Below, one piece after another: positions 25,160 to 35,579 of a stretch of DNA of 64,000 nucleotides; the stretch's first letter is position 1; each line of letters begins with the position of its first letter. This DNA comes from a virus (taxonomy: Duplodnaviria; Caudoviricetes): the IMG/VR virus record IMGVR_UViG_2595698395_000001, positions 8,370-72,369 of that record; one strand, 5' to 3'. Position numbers and translations under genes: made by a program. Below the pieces are notes generated by a model. The model ran no database searches. It saw only the letters and a list, made by a program, of their open reading frames with translations, and was not told the origin of the DNA.

Positions 25160-27493
25160 ATGAAAAAAACAATTTACATATTATCGATTTTATTGCTCAC
25201 TATTTCAGGAGTAAGCGCACAGACTGTTATTAAAATAAAACAGCCTAATCCGCAACAGATAACAATAGCAGACGATTCAATAAAACTGAATGGTTCAACT
25301 TCTGTTCCTTTGTCTGATATAATTAAGCCTATCACATTAGCGGAGTACAACGCAATGGATGCGGCTACTAAATTAAAGAATGCAGGACGTCAAATTATAG
25401 ACCCTACAGGAGTTCCTACAGCTATAAGTATTGTTGATGGTAGTGTTAGTACTGCTAAGATTGCAAATAGCGCTGTGAGTGGAATTAAAATACTTGATGA
25501 AGCGATAACAGAAAGTAAAATAGCTGATGCAAGTATAACGGATGCAAAAATAAACGCTGATACATATAATAAATTATATTATGCTGTTCCTGATGGATAC
25601 ATTTCGCCAAGAGATTACGGAGCAGTTTTAGATGGAGTAACCGATGACCGTGCGGCTTTTGTTGCTACATTAGCGGCTGCTAATACTTTAGGTAAGAGAA
25701 TTAGGATTGATGCTGATAAAATGTTTTTAGATGTTGAAGAAACTGGAACTAAATCGATATTCATACCAGATAACACATGGATAGAAGGTAGCAATAAGGA
25801 TGTTCAAATCGTAGTTAACAACATATTAAGTCCTGCTTTTTACTTGGCTCTAGTTGATAATGTAACTATAAAAGATATCACTTTCACTTATGACCAAACA
25901 TATGATCCTACATATGGAGAAGACGCAACTAATTTTGCGGCAGACTTTACTATTAATCAGCAACAAGTAAGAGACTACTTAAGAGATAATAAAGCGATTG
26001 ATTTTTCAGGTGTTTTTCCTGTAGATAACGGCTTTGTTAGTTACTATTATATGTTTTTATTAGAGGCTGCCGAAAACGTAACTTTTGATAATGTAACATT
26101 TAAGTCTAAAGGTGAAACGGCTGATACTTTCATTACCGGAGTTATAAAAATGAAAGAACAATACCAACCAAGTCAAACAGTTTCAAATACTTCGGCTCCA
26201 AGAACTCAATGTAAAAACATATCATTAAGCAATATAGTTATAGATGGTGCTTTAATGGGAATACAAGGATTAGTTGATGGTTTTACTGTTAACAATCTAA
26301 AATCATATCGTTATTCAGATATGCAAGATGCAAGCGGCAACTATCTAGGTGGTTTTGATGGTGTTGATTATGATTTTCCTCCACCTCATTTATTCTATTT
26401 AAACAATAGCTCATCATCTACATTCAACACAAAAAACGTTAACATAAATGATGTTTACGATTATGGTAAGTATGTAGGAACAGCAAGTGTGAGAGGAACA
26501 AGCGGTATCAATATAGGATATTGTAATTCTCTTAAATTAGTTGAGACACAAGATAACGTTCATGTTAGCAATTATAAATCTTTTCGCAGGGATGGAATGG
26601 CGGATATAGGAATACTTTCTAATAGCTCTTTTTCTAATATGTATTCAGAGTCTACTACGGATATTTTTAGTTCAACATCTAGTTATCCTGCTTTAAGGTT
26701 TTTAGGGAACTTAACAAATGTTGTTTTTGATAATATCATAATAAAAGACAACTCAACTACATCGGCAATATACCCAATAGATTACGGTGAGGGTAATTTC
26801 GTCACATGGAACAATGTACATGTATTTGTAAAGACACTTAACACTATAGACGTAGGTACTTTTGGAATTTGGGGTTCAAATAACAAGATAACAAACTCTA
26901 GCTTTAATATAGAAAATCATACGTCTACACAAACTTTAAGAGGTATAGTTTTAAATAATTCAACAACTAGAGACTCTGGAGCAAACAATTACTACGATGT
27001 AACATTAAACGGTTGGAGAGATATATCTAGTGATCCTTTAAATAGGAAATCAAGAATGCTTTTTGCTACGGCTGTTAATACAAATAACAACTATGCTAGA
27101 GTTCATGACACTAGAAATAATTTTGTAATTGAGCAAGTAAACGAGATAGAAACAGATACATGGACTAGAACAGAAACAGTATCACTAGGTAGCGGAACAC
27201 AGCAAGCGTTGACAATGACAATACCTAGTGGATTTGCCGTAAAAAAAGCAACTGCAATAGTGACAAGTGCTTTAGATGCAGGTGTTACAGCTTCAATAGG
27301 AACAGTTTCGGGTGTTGCGACTAACTTAATAGCGTCAATATCTAACACAGCGAACTCAATAAACTCTAATGATTTAAACGAGATTTCTAATGGTAGTTTG
27401 AGGCAGATATTTATAAGAACAAGTACAGGAACTTTCGCAAGTACAGGAACGGTTAAGGTGACTTTAGTATTAACACGTACATCATTAAATTAA
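25160..27493 (+). CDS. Tailspike-like right-handed beta-helix depolymerase with Sec signal peptide
   Basis: Signal ...GVSA-Q; I.D.SVT.AKI repeats; SPRDYGAVLDGVTDDRAAF (pectate_lyase_3-like start). Confidence 0.8.
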   Translation: MKKTIYILSILLLTISGVSAQTVIKIKQPNPQQITIADDSIKLNGSTSVPLSDIIKPITLAEYNAMDAATKLKNAGRQIIDPTGVPTAISIVDGSVSTAKIANSAVSGIKILDEAITESKIADASITDAKINADTYNKLYYAVPDGYISPRDYGAVLDGVTDDRAAFVATLAAANTLGKRIRIDADKMFLDVEETGTKSIFIPDNTWIEGSNKDVQIVVNNILSPAFYLALVDNVTIKDITFTYDQTYDPTYGEDATNFAADFTINQQQVRDYLRDNKAIDFSGVFPVDNGFVSYYYMFLLEAAENVTFDNVTFKSKGETADTFITGVIKMKEQYQPSQTVSNTSAPRTQCKNISLSNIVIDGALMGIQGLVDGFTVNNLKSYRYSDMQDASGNYLGGFDGVDYDFPPPHLFYLNNSSSSTFNTKNVNINDVYDYGKYVGTASVRGTSGINIGYCNSLKLVETQDNVHVSNYKSFRRDGMADIGILSNSSFSNMYSESTTDIFSSTSSYPALRFLGNLTNVVFDNIIIKDNSTTSAIYPIDYGEGNFVTWNNVHVFVKTLNTIDVGTFGIWGSNNKITNSSFNIENHTSTQTLRGIVLNNSTTRDSGANNYYDVTLNGWRDISSDPLNRKSRMLFATAVNTNNNYARVHDTRNNFVIEQVNEIETDTWTRTETVSLGSGTQQALTMTIPSGFAVKKATAIVTSALDAGVTASIGTVSGVATNLIASISNTANSINSNDLNEISNGSLRQIFIRTSTGTFASTGTVKVTLVLTRTSLN

Positions 27494-27497
27494 TAAG

Positions 27498-29474
27498 ATG
27501 AAACACACAATTAGCATAGTATTATTTTTCATCCTTTCACTGGGATTAAACGCTCAAACGGTTGAGGGTACTGTAGGTAGTGATGGTAGTTTAATTCCTT
27601 ATAATGTTTCCGCTAGTGCGGATGTGCAAGACGGAACTATAACAAAGGCTAAATTAGATGCTAGTTTAGCTGCTGAAATTGACTCTAAAACAAATTATAG
27701 TGAGGTTTTAAATTTACATAGAACGTCAGACCCTACTAGCAATGTAAAAGAATCAAATATCATTAATGCATGGGTTAAAGCTACTTTGGTAGATTTAGAA
27801 TCCGTATCGACTGATAGCTATATTGGTGATTTGTCTCTAAAAGCAACTAAGAATGCTTCTGGATCGGGTGTTATTTATTCGCCTAATTATTCTGTAGAAA
27901 TAGGTAAAGAATATGTTTTTAGCTGTAGAATTAAAGTAGGAGGTGGATTTATAACTGGTAGTAATTTATACTTAGCTGATAAGTCCGGAGCGTTCACACA
28001 AACACCTATAGACCACACTAATTCAGATTGGCAATTAGTAACGGTAACACTTGGATTCACTAAAACAAGAACTAGAGTTAATTTCTCAATGTCAGCACAA
28101 CCATCAGGAGCTTTTATGCTTATTGATGACATGAAGCTTTACGAGAATGAAGAATCTATAAAGGCGTTTCCTAACGCTTACGGTTTTGGCGCAGTATCTA
28201 CAGGGGGAAGAGGTGGAACAGTTAGAAAGGTGACAAACTTAAACGATAGTGGTTCAGGAAGCTTAAGAGAAGCGGCTGGAATAGCTAATACATATGTAGT
28301 TTTTGATGTTGCAGGAAACATAGAGTTGAGCAGTCCTATTTCTGTAGCTGACAATGTGACTATTTTTGGTCAAACAGCATTTAGAAATGGAGGGCAAGGA
28401 ATAACATTAAAAGCAAACTCTACAAACGAATCTAGTTTAATGACTGTAAGCGGAAAGGAAAACTTTACAGTTCAATACATAAGATTTAGAAGAGGTGTAA
28501 CTCCTTTTGCTACGGCTTCTACAGGAGGTCAAAACTTAGCCTTAGCTAATGCAGCGAACAAAGCAATAATTGACCATTGCTCTTTTGGTTGGGATGAAGA
28601 CGAAAGTTTAACTATTTGGGATGCGCAACAAGTTACAGTTTCAAATTCAATAATCAACCACTCTTTAAAAGTAAATGCCTATGGTCGTGTAAAAACAGGC
28701 AAGGGAGTTATTATTGGAAACAATGCAGAAGAGGTTTCATTGTATTGTAATTTAATAGGCAATGCAGACCAAAGAAACGCATTATTTGGTGGTTCCACAC
28801 CGCCACTAGGAAACTTTGAGTTTAAAAATAACTTAATACATAATTGGGGTACAGCAGGAACATACTTTACGGAGGGAACAAATGACTTTAAAGTTAATAT
28901 TATTGGAAACAAATGGAAGCTTGGAAATAACTCTATACTAAATAGACACGCTTTACAGGCTACTGGTAATACTGGAGATTTGTTTTACCTAGAAGGTAAC
29001 ATTTCAGCGGAAAGACCTACAGACGATTTAGACGAATGGTTAGCTATAGGAGACACAGCAACGCCTTCTATTAACCTATCTACTTCATTTCAACAGTTAA
29101 CACCTTTTGACTACCCTTTACAGGATTCTCCTACATATACTATAGATGAATTAGAAAGTACAGTTATAAAACAAATGGGGGTTAGTTTGTATGAAGATAA
29201 ACCAGACTATGGAGCTAAACAAGATTACTTAAACGGAACAGGTTCGCATATAAATATACCTAGTGACGATGGTGGTTATCCTGTTTTAAGTAACTTTACA
29301 ACATCAATAGTAGATTCTAATAGCGACGGCATAGAAGATAGTTTTGCAACTACTCATGGAATAACATCGCCAAATCAAATAATAGGCTCTTACGACTTTG
29401 GAGATTGGATATTTGACAACTCTATAGGGTACGAAGCAATAGAGGTTTACGCTTACTGGTTAACAAAACAATAA
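27498..29474 (+). CDS. PL1-type pectate-lyase-like protein with CBM-like domain and Sec signal peptide
   Basis: Signal ...LGLNA-Q; AFPNAYGFGAVSTGGRGG.V.KVTNLNDSGSGSLREA, VVFDVAG.I, IIDHCSFGW..DE. Confidence 0.85.
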   Translation: MKHTISIVLFFILSLGLNAQTVEGTVGSDGSLIPYNVSASADVQDGTITKAKLDASLAAEIDSKTNYSEVLNLHRTSDPTSNVKESNIINAWVKATLVDLESVSTDSYIGDLSLKATKNASGSGVIYSPNYSVEIGKEYVFSCRIKVGGGFITGSNLYLADKSGAFTQTPIDHTNSDWQLVTVTLGFTKTRTRVNFSMSAQPSGAFMLIDDMKLYENEESIKAFPNAYGFGAVSTGGRGGTVRKVTNLNDSGSGSLREAAGIANTYVVFDVAGNIELSSPISVADNVTIFGQTAFRNGGQGITLKANSTNESSLMTVSGKENFTVQYIRFRRGVTPFATASTGGQNLALANAANKAIIDHCSFGWDEDESLTIWDAQQVTVSNSIINHSLKVNAYGRVKTGKGVIIGNNAEEVSLYCNLIGNADQRNALFGGSTPPLGNFEFKNNLIHNWGTAGTYFTEGTNDFKVNIIGNKWKLGNNSILNRHALQATGNTGDLFYLEGNISAERPTDDLDEWLAIGDTATPSINLSTSFQQLTPFDYPLQDSPTYTIDELESTVIKQMGVSLYEDKPDYGAKQDYLNGTGSHINIPSDDGGYPVLSNFTTSIVDSNSDGIEDSFATTHGITSPNQIIGSYDFGDWIFDNSIGYEAIEVYAYWLTKQ

Positions 29475-29490
29475 AACACGTATAGAAATT

Positions 29491-29766
29491 ATGACAAAAT
29501 TAATAGAAAAAACACAATCAAAAGCAGAGAACTATTGGATATTATTCTTTAGAATACCTGGACTATTTTTATTCTTTCTTCCGTTTATTCCTGTAACTAT
29601 GGGGTATATTAATTCTAACGTTGATAAGGTTAGATTAGACGGTGGAGATTGGCAATTACTTGGATTAGGATTTTTCCTAGTTTGGGGAAGTTCTTATTTT
29701 GGTATTTTAGGAAACAAATTAGGAATGTTCTTATCTAGCAAGTTTGGATTAAACAATAAAGAGTAA
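29491..29766 (+). CDS. Two-TM holin-like protein
   Basis: Two hydrophobic segments; upstream of the endolysin. Confidence 0.5.
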   Translation: MTKLIEKTQSKAENYWILFFRIPGLFLFFLPFIPVTMGYINSNVDKVRLDGGDWQLLGLGFFLVWGSSYFGILGNKLGMFLSSKFGLNNKE

Positions 29767-29873
29767 GGATATGAAAACATTAATAGCAATATCTATTATA
29801 TGCTTGATTATTCAATACTTCCTAGAAGACACTAAATCAAGCAGAGATAATACACCGAAAACAGATCCATAGA

Positions 29874-30521
29874 ATGTACAATAAAATCCCCCCTTTTTTT
29901 TTGGGAACAACAAAATTTGTAAGTAGATACAACTATAAAAGGAGGATTTTAGCTTTCAGGTTGCGTTGCGCAAAAAAAAGATTGAGACAGAAAGCTTGGG
30001 TAAGAAGAATAATACGTAGCAAAGTATTGGTTTATATTCCTGTAGCCATGCTTTCTATTAAGCTTTACATAGAGAGAGAGGCTAGAGTTACTGCAGAAGT
30101 AAAGGCGGCCCTATACGAAAGCCAGGCAAAGAGCACTATTAAAACCTTTGACGATATGAAGGTTAGTTATTTCGAGAAGCTTTTAAGAAAGAACTACTTC
30201 ATAATGCTAGGCACTAATGATTATTACGACGAGCAGTTTACAAGTAGACTTGGTTTTGAAGGAATAGATTATTTAGGTAAAAAAGATTCAGATTTACAAG
30301 ACACTACAAGCGCGTATGGATATTCTAAAAGCGATATGAAGGTTGTGTACTCTTTAGATCGAGAATGGTTCAGAGAATACTTTATAGTAAAGAAAGATAC
30401 TCAGGAATTAGCTGTATTCAAATTTTGTAGAATAGAACTAAATAAAGATACAGTGGTAGGAGGACTTCCTTTTGATATGGAAAAACTAAAAAAAGAATTA
30501 AAACTTAAAGACATAGAATGA
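29874..30521 (+). CDS. Membrane-anchored protein with a degenerate PAS-like domain
   Basis: Hydrophobic segment, then ML.TNDYY...F......DYLGKKD.DL....A..Y.KSD.KV resembling PAS_4. Confidence 0.45.
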   Translation: MYNKIPPFFLGTTKFVSRYNYKRRILAFRLRCAKKRLRQKAWVRRIIRSKVLVYIPVAMLSIKLYIEREARVTAEVKAALYESQAKSTIKTFDDMKVSYFEKLLRKNYFIMLGTNDYYDEQFTSRLGFEGIDYLGKKDSDLQDTTSAYGYSKSDMKVVYSLDREWFREYFIVKKDTQELAVFKFCRIELNKDTVVGGLPFDMEKLKKELKLKDIE

Positions 30522-31024
30522 AAGTTTCAGGAATAATTGCATTTATCTTAGCTATAGTGATGACCATTATAAGCAAGGCTCCTAGTTTTTCACAACTAGC
30601 GTTAACATTATACACACCATTATTGGACGGTTTTTTGTTTTGTATTGCATTATCGTTTTTAATACGCTCTAAGGATGCTTTAAATAGAAACGATGTGATA
30701 CTATGGAAGTGCGAAACTAAGTACTTTGACATACTTAGCTGCGTGTTTTTTGGACTTATATTGATTACTCCGGTAACACATACAGAAGAGTTTATTCAAA
30801 TAGCGCACATGATAGCTACCGGAATGGCAATATTGATAAGCTACACAGCTTTAGTTGCTCAACAAACTGATAGAATGATGAAAGCCGGAAGTATTCTAGG
30901 TGTTGTTGTTGGAGGTGTTGGATTTTTGATTGGATTCTTAACTCCATATTACAGCACGGGAGAAGGCGAATTAATAGCTTCATTGCCGTTGGCAGTTCAC
31001 ATGTTCTTTACCAAAACAAAATAG
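30518..31024 (+). CDS. Polytopic membrane protein
   Basis: About 5 hydrophobic segments. Confidence 0.65.
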   Translation: MKVSGIIAFILAIVMTIISKAPSFSQLALTLYTPLLDGFLFCIALSFLIRSKDALNRNDVILWKCETKYFDILSCVFFGLILITPVTHTEEFIQIAHMIATGMAILISYTALVAQQTDRMMKAGSILGVVVGGVGFLIGFLTPYYSTGEGELIASLPLAVHMFFTKTK

Positions 31025-31069
31025 TATACATAAAGCTATATTTTAAAATATAAAAACATACATATTACT

Positions 31070-31615
31070 ATGAACTTAGATTATTACAAAAATATAGTGA
31101 GAAATCACCCAGAGGAATTTGAGCTATTCAAGAATAAGTTCTTTCCTATTGTGATGAAGTGGGAAGGTGGAGGTAAACTACACAACGTTAAAGGTGATTC
31201 TGGAGGATGGACTGTTTGGGGAATAGCATACAACTATAACAAAGCTCTATTCGATGATTTTAATGACTTTAAAGACACAACATTAGAAGAAGCTGCGTAT
31301 ATTGCATTTGTAAAGTATTACTTGGCGGCCAACGCAGAATTGGTACCAATGGATGCGAAGCTATACTATTTTGATATGTGCTATAACATGGGCGTATCAA
31401 GAGGTATTAAGATACTTCAAAAATGTATAGGTGTTAATGCCGATGGTAGAATTGGAAACATTACCAAGTCAAAAATACACAATGTAACAGAGTGCTGTTT
31501 GATGATCGAAAGAAATAAGTTCTATAATAGGCTAGTTGAAAACAACTATAAAATGGGGAAATTCATTAAAGGTTGGTTAAATAGAAGTAAGGGAATATTT
31601 GATTTTAAATACTAA
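31070..31615 (+). CDS. Endolysin, glycoside hydrolase family 108 with PG-binding C-terminus
   Basis: WEGG...DSGG.T.WGI, FD..YNMG, ADG.IG..T, F.KGWLNR. Confidence 0.9.
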   Translation: MNLDYYKNIVRNHPEEFELFKNKFFPIVMKWEGGGKLHNVKGDSGGWTVWGIAYNYNKALFDDFNDFKDTTLEEAAYIAFVKYYLAANAELVPMDAKLYYFDMCYNMGVSRGIKILQKCIGVNADGRIGNITKSKIHNVTECCLMIERNKFYNRLVENNYKMGKFIKGWLNRSKGIFDFKY

Positions 31616-31780
31616 TGCTATGACAGACGATGAATGGTATGGTGAAGTATTCAAAACAGGAACAATGCAAGATGTGATGGACTTGAAAAGCATCCTAATA
31701 AAAGAAGGAGACTTTTTATTGGCCGCAGCTTGTGATGGAAGATTAAAAGAATTACGAATTAAAAATTCAGACTGTTAGTT

Positions 31781-32062
31781 ATGACAAAAACGATAGCAAT
31801 AATAGCAATTACAATACTAATTACATCCTTAATTTGGTGGTTTGGAATAAATCCAGTATCAGATAAATCGTACATTAATGTAATAAAAGAGAAAGATAGT
31901 ATAATTTTGGTGCAAAAAAATATTATCTTAGACGCGTATAAGGATATTAACGACTCAATACAATATGGAAAAGACATCCAACACATCAAAAAACTTCATG
32001 ATCGTTATCCTGATGATGCTATTCTCGATAGCTTGCTTCGCGCAGGACAAGAATTACGTTAG
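31781..32062 (+). CDS. Putative inner-membrane spanin
   Basis: N-terminal TM helix plus helical tail, downstream of the endolysin. Confidence 0.5.
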   Translation: MTKTIAIIAITILITSLIWWFGINPVSDKSYINVIKEKDSIILVQKNIILDAYKDINDSIQYGKDIQHIKKLHDRYPDDAILDSLLRAGQELR

Positions 32063-32333
32063 TGTTCATAGAGATAGTTTGTATAACGCTTTACTTAATA
32101 TCTCTGAACTAAAGGTTGAGAATGCATTTTTAAGGAAAAAGAACGATAATCAAAAAGTAATCATAACTGCTCAAGAAATAATCATTTCCGAAACAGAATT
32201 TAAAACTGAAATACTGACTAAGCAAATAAGCATAGAACAAAGTACCGGCACTAAAAAATGGTGGAATGGTTTTGGAAAAGGAGTTGCTACAGGAGGTGTA
32301 ATAGTTTTAGGGTTATTCTTAGGGTTAAAATAA
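31965..32333 (+). CDS. Putative second spanin component (probable start 31998)
   Basis: Overlaps the previous gene; signal MIVILMMLFSIAC-FAQ, coiled coil, C-terminal TM. Confidence 0.5.
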   Translation: MEKTSNTSKNFMIVILMMLFSIACFAQDKNYVSVHRDSLYNALLNISELKVENAFLRKKNDNQKVIITAQEIIISETEFKTEILTKQISIEQSTGTKKWWNGFGKGVATGGVIVLGLFLGLK

Positions 32334-32338
32334 GTTTT

Positions 32339-32941
32339 ATGAAGGGATTAAATCATTTTATAGTACACATACCGGAAAAGTGGAGTCAAACATATAAGAC
32401 CGAAAGCGGACTTGAATTGCATGCAGATAGAAGGTTTTCTTTAAGACAAGTAGGTAATACCATTGTGAAGGTAATTGAAACTCCATACAACTACGATGGC
32501 CCTGTTAAGATTGGAGATACACTATTTATCGATGTAAATGCATTGTCTCAACAATCGTATGTTATTGGAGGTGAATTAGAAAACCAACATCTAATTGATA
32601 GGGAGAAAAAATTATACAAAATTGATTCTTCTTTGATATTCGCGTATAAAGAAACTGATGATTCTGAATGGATAGGTTTTGAAGAGAGTATTTTATGTAA
32701 AAGCATAAAGGAGGTTAAGGCAGAAAAAAAACCTAGCCTTATCTATATTCCAGAAGATAACAGGGAAAAAACTATTGAAGGTAAGTACATTGTAGATGTT
32801 CTAAATCCTATAGCGGAATCAATGGGAATAAAAAAAGGAGATACTATTTATGTTGAGAAACATTTATTTTTAGATGTTAGGTTAGAAGATAAAGAGTATG
32901 TAAGAATTAGAGTTAGAGATATTTTGGGATTAGCAATTTAA
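32339..32941 (+). CDS. Tandem GroES-like fold protein
   Basis: TESGL..., VKIGDTL, PSLIYIP, GIKKGDTI...YVRIRVRDIL; start reassigned to MKGLNHF. Confidence 0.6.
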   Translation: MKGLNHFIVHIPEKWSQTYKTESGLELHADRRFSLRQVGNTIVKVIETPYNYDGPVKIGDTLFIDVNALSQQSYVIGGELENQHLIDREKKLYKIDSSLIFAYKETDDSEWIGFEESILCKSIKEVKAEKKPSLIYIPEDNREKTIEGKYIVDVLNPIAESMGIKKGDTIYVEKHLFLDVRLEDKEYVRIRVRDILGLAI

Positions 32942-32952
32942 AACACAGAAAA

Positions 32953-33252
32953 ATGAGTACGGAAAAGGAGTTATCAAAATACTACAAAGAAAACATTCCT
33001 GATTTAATATTAGATTTGAAGGTAGCGGTTAAAAACAATAGAAGTGTTATTACACAATCTGTGGATAGCGATTTAAGTGAGGACAAGTATGTAAATGTAC
33101 TTAAGGCAAGAAGAATGGCGGCTGATGATACTATACACTTTTTAAAAGAAATAGATCGTCTTGAAAACGAATTAAACGAAGTAGAAGAAGTGGGTGTTTC
33201 TACTAAAAAGAAAATTACAAACCCTGCTAAAAAATACGCAAGTAAAGAATGA
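32953..33252 (+). CDS. Putative terminase small subunit
   Basis: Helical 99-aa ORF overlapping the terL start. Confidence 0.5.
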   Translation: MSTEKELSKYYKENIPDLILDLKVAVKNNRSVITQSVDSDLSEDKYVNVLKARRMAADDTIHFLKEIDRLENELNEVEEVGVSTKKKITNPAKKYASKE

Positions 33253-35576
33253 TATTTTATCTAGGAGAAAAAGTTAAGGGTGTTGTCGATAATAAGACAA
33301 GATTAACCAAGAACAAATTACGTTCTTGGGAGTACGGCTATAATCCTGATTTAGACATTGTTATAATTTCAAGAGACGGAACATTAGGAGAAGTATTCAA
33401 TATCCAAGGACTAAAAATTGGACTACCTCAACAGCCTGATTCTGAAGAAATAATCAACCACGGCAAAAATACATTCAGCCAAAAATGGAAACGAATAGAT
33501 TTACCAACGGCATTAACCGACAAATCTATAGATAAAAGAGTTTCTGAAATATATTCTAGCGGTATTCCTAAAGACAAGGCTGAAGAAGAGGTTAACGAAT
33601 ACATGATAAATCTATTCGACGAACACGAAGATTTTATTGCTACTGAGTACAAAAAAAGACACGAAGGCATTTGGATATACGTAAACGGGAATCCTGTTTA
33701 TGTTCCAGGAACCTATTACTTCGGAGTTCAATGGGTTAAGGAAACAACTGATTTTCCTAACTTTAGAATAATACAAAACGAGTTAATGATATTTTGGGAG
33801 GCTTGCAAGGCCGATTCAAGATGTTATGGAATGCAGTACGTTAAGAATAGACGTATGGGAGCAACGCTACTTGGGATATTTGAGTTCTTAGAATCAGGAA
33901 CTATTACCGAAGACAAGATTTTAGGTATGATTTCTAAAAAAGGGGATGATGCAAAGAAGATATTTAGAAGACTTGTAACCGCTTTTAAGAGATTGCCGGC
34001 ATTCTTTAAACCTGTTACCGATGGTACCAACACTCCAAAGAAAGAACTAGTCTTTGAAGAACCAACGAAAAGAAGAGGCCGCGGAGACGTAAGCACTAAC
34101 GAAGGGTTAAGCACTTATATTTCTTGGCATAATACTGATATGAACTCGATGGATGGGGATGCGATATTCAGATCCATACTAGATGAAAGCGGTAAGTACC
34201 CGCCAGATGTAAAATTTAGCGAATATTGGTCAATTGTAAAAACTTCTCACCGTAAAGGAGTTAAGATTACCGGAAAATCTATGGTAGTTTCTACTGTAAA
34301 CTCCCTAAAAAAAGGTGGTGGAGAATACAAAAAAGTATGGGACACTAGTGATTTACTTGATAGAAACCCTAACGGACAAACAAAATCTGGACTATACAGA
34401 ATATTTATACCTGCAAAATTCTGTTTAGAAGGAATGTTTGACGAGTATGGATTTAGTATTATTAAAGATCCAGAGAAGCCAATTAAAACAGACGAAGGAA
34501 CCATTGTATCTATTGGTTCAGAATCTTGGTTAAGAAACGAAGAAGAAGCATTAAAAGGTGATCCTGAAAAGTATAACGAACAAAGAAGACAGTTTCCCGA
34601 CACTATAAAAGATGCGTTCAGGGATGCAAGTAACGATTGTGAATTTAATCTACCTAAGATTTTAGAGCAAATGGAATACTGTGAATTTGAGTTAAATGAC
34701 AGATGGACTATTGAAAGAGATTTTTTAGGCAACGATGACTTAGAGCGCGGAAACTTTACTTGGAAAGACGGTATTAAAGACACAGAAGTTGTATGGCGTC
34801 CAGACAAAGAGAATGGAAGATTCTTTATAAAAAAAGGATGTCACCCACCAATAGAGTACAGAAACAAACATGAAGAAAAGTATAAAAACGGATCCCTTGG
34901 CAAAGCTCCTTTAGCAGAACATATAGGTGGTTTCGGAGTCGATCCATATAACAGAAGTATTAATGCCGATGGTAGAGGCTCTAAGGGTAGTATTATTGGT
35001 ACCACTAAAACAAATACAGCAGATAACTTCCCTAACGACTTAATGTTTTTAGAATACATAGACAGACCAAAGAAAGTTAAGCTATTCTTTGAGGACGTAA
35101 TTATGTGCTCAGTTTATTTCTCAATGCCATTTTTAGCAGAGCAATCTAACGACCAGTTTTTGGCATACGTAAAAGACCGAGGGTATAGACACTATAGCGC
35201 GAACAATCCATTTAAAGTTTATAATGATTTAACTCCACAAGAAAAAGAATTTGGTGGAGCTCCGCAACAAGATTCTAAAATTGGTGAAGGACAGTTTTAT
35301 GCCACGGAAGCATTTGTAGAAGACCAACTAGGAGTTGCTAGGGACGCAAGCAATAGAGCTGTAGGTAAGATAGGAGATATGCCATTCACTAGGACGCTTA
35401 TTCAAATAAAAGACGTAGAAACATCAAACAGAACGAAATACGATGCATATATTGCATTCTCACTTTCAAGGTTGCTTAACCAAAAAAGAGTAAAAAAAGA
35501 AACAACAAAACCTCAACCAGTATTTATTCCATTCCAGAAATATGACAATTCAGGTGGAATGTCAAAAAGATTATAA
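33249..35576 (+). CDS. terL: Terminase large subunit
   Basis: KNRRMGAT (Walker A), ILDESGK (Walker B), RQFP, GVDPY nuclease motif. Confidence 0.9.
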   Translation: MIFYLGEKVKGVVDNKTRLTKNKLRSWEYGYNPDLDIVIISRDGTLGEVFNIQGLKIGLPQQPDSEEIINHGKNTFSQKWKRIDLPTALTDKSIDKRVSEIYSSGIPKDKAEEEVNEYMINLFDEHEDFIATEYKKRHEGIWIYVNGNPVYVPGTYYFGVQWVKETTDFPNFRIIQNELMIFWEACKADSRCYGMQYVKNRRMGATLLGIFEFLESGTITEDKILGMISKKGDDAKKIFRRLVTAFKRLPAFFKPVTDGTNTPKKELVFEEPTKRRGRGDVSTNEGLSTYISWHNTDMNSMDGDAIFRSILDESGKYPPDVKFSEYWSIVKTSHRKGVKITGKSMVVSTVNSLKKGGGEYKKVWDTSDLLDRNPNGQTKSGLYRIFIPAKFCLEGMFDEYGFSIIKDPEKPIKTDEGTIVSIGSESWLRNEEEALKGDPEKYNEQRRQFPDTIKDAFRDASNDCEFNLPKILEQMEYCEFELNDRWTIERDFLGNDDLERGNFTWKDGIKDTEVVWRPDKENGRFFIKKGCHPPIEYRNKHEEKYKNGSLGKAPLAEHIGGFGVDPYNRSINADGRGSKGSIIGTTKTNTADNFPNDLMFLEYIDRPKKVKLFFEDVIMCSVYFSMPFLAEQSNDQFLAYVKDRGYRHYSANNPFKVYNDLTPQEKEFGGAPQQDSKIGEGQFYATEAFVEDQLGVARDASNRAVGKIGDMPFTRTLIQIKDVETSNRTKYDAYIAFSLSRLLNQKRVKKETTKPQPVFIPFQKYDNSGGMSKRL

Positions 35577-35579
35577 GCC

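Noticed and set aside
23495-29474. Diversity-generating retroelement acting on fibres
   Set aside because: No reverse transcriptase and no template/variable repeat pair differing at adenines was seen in the window.
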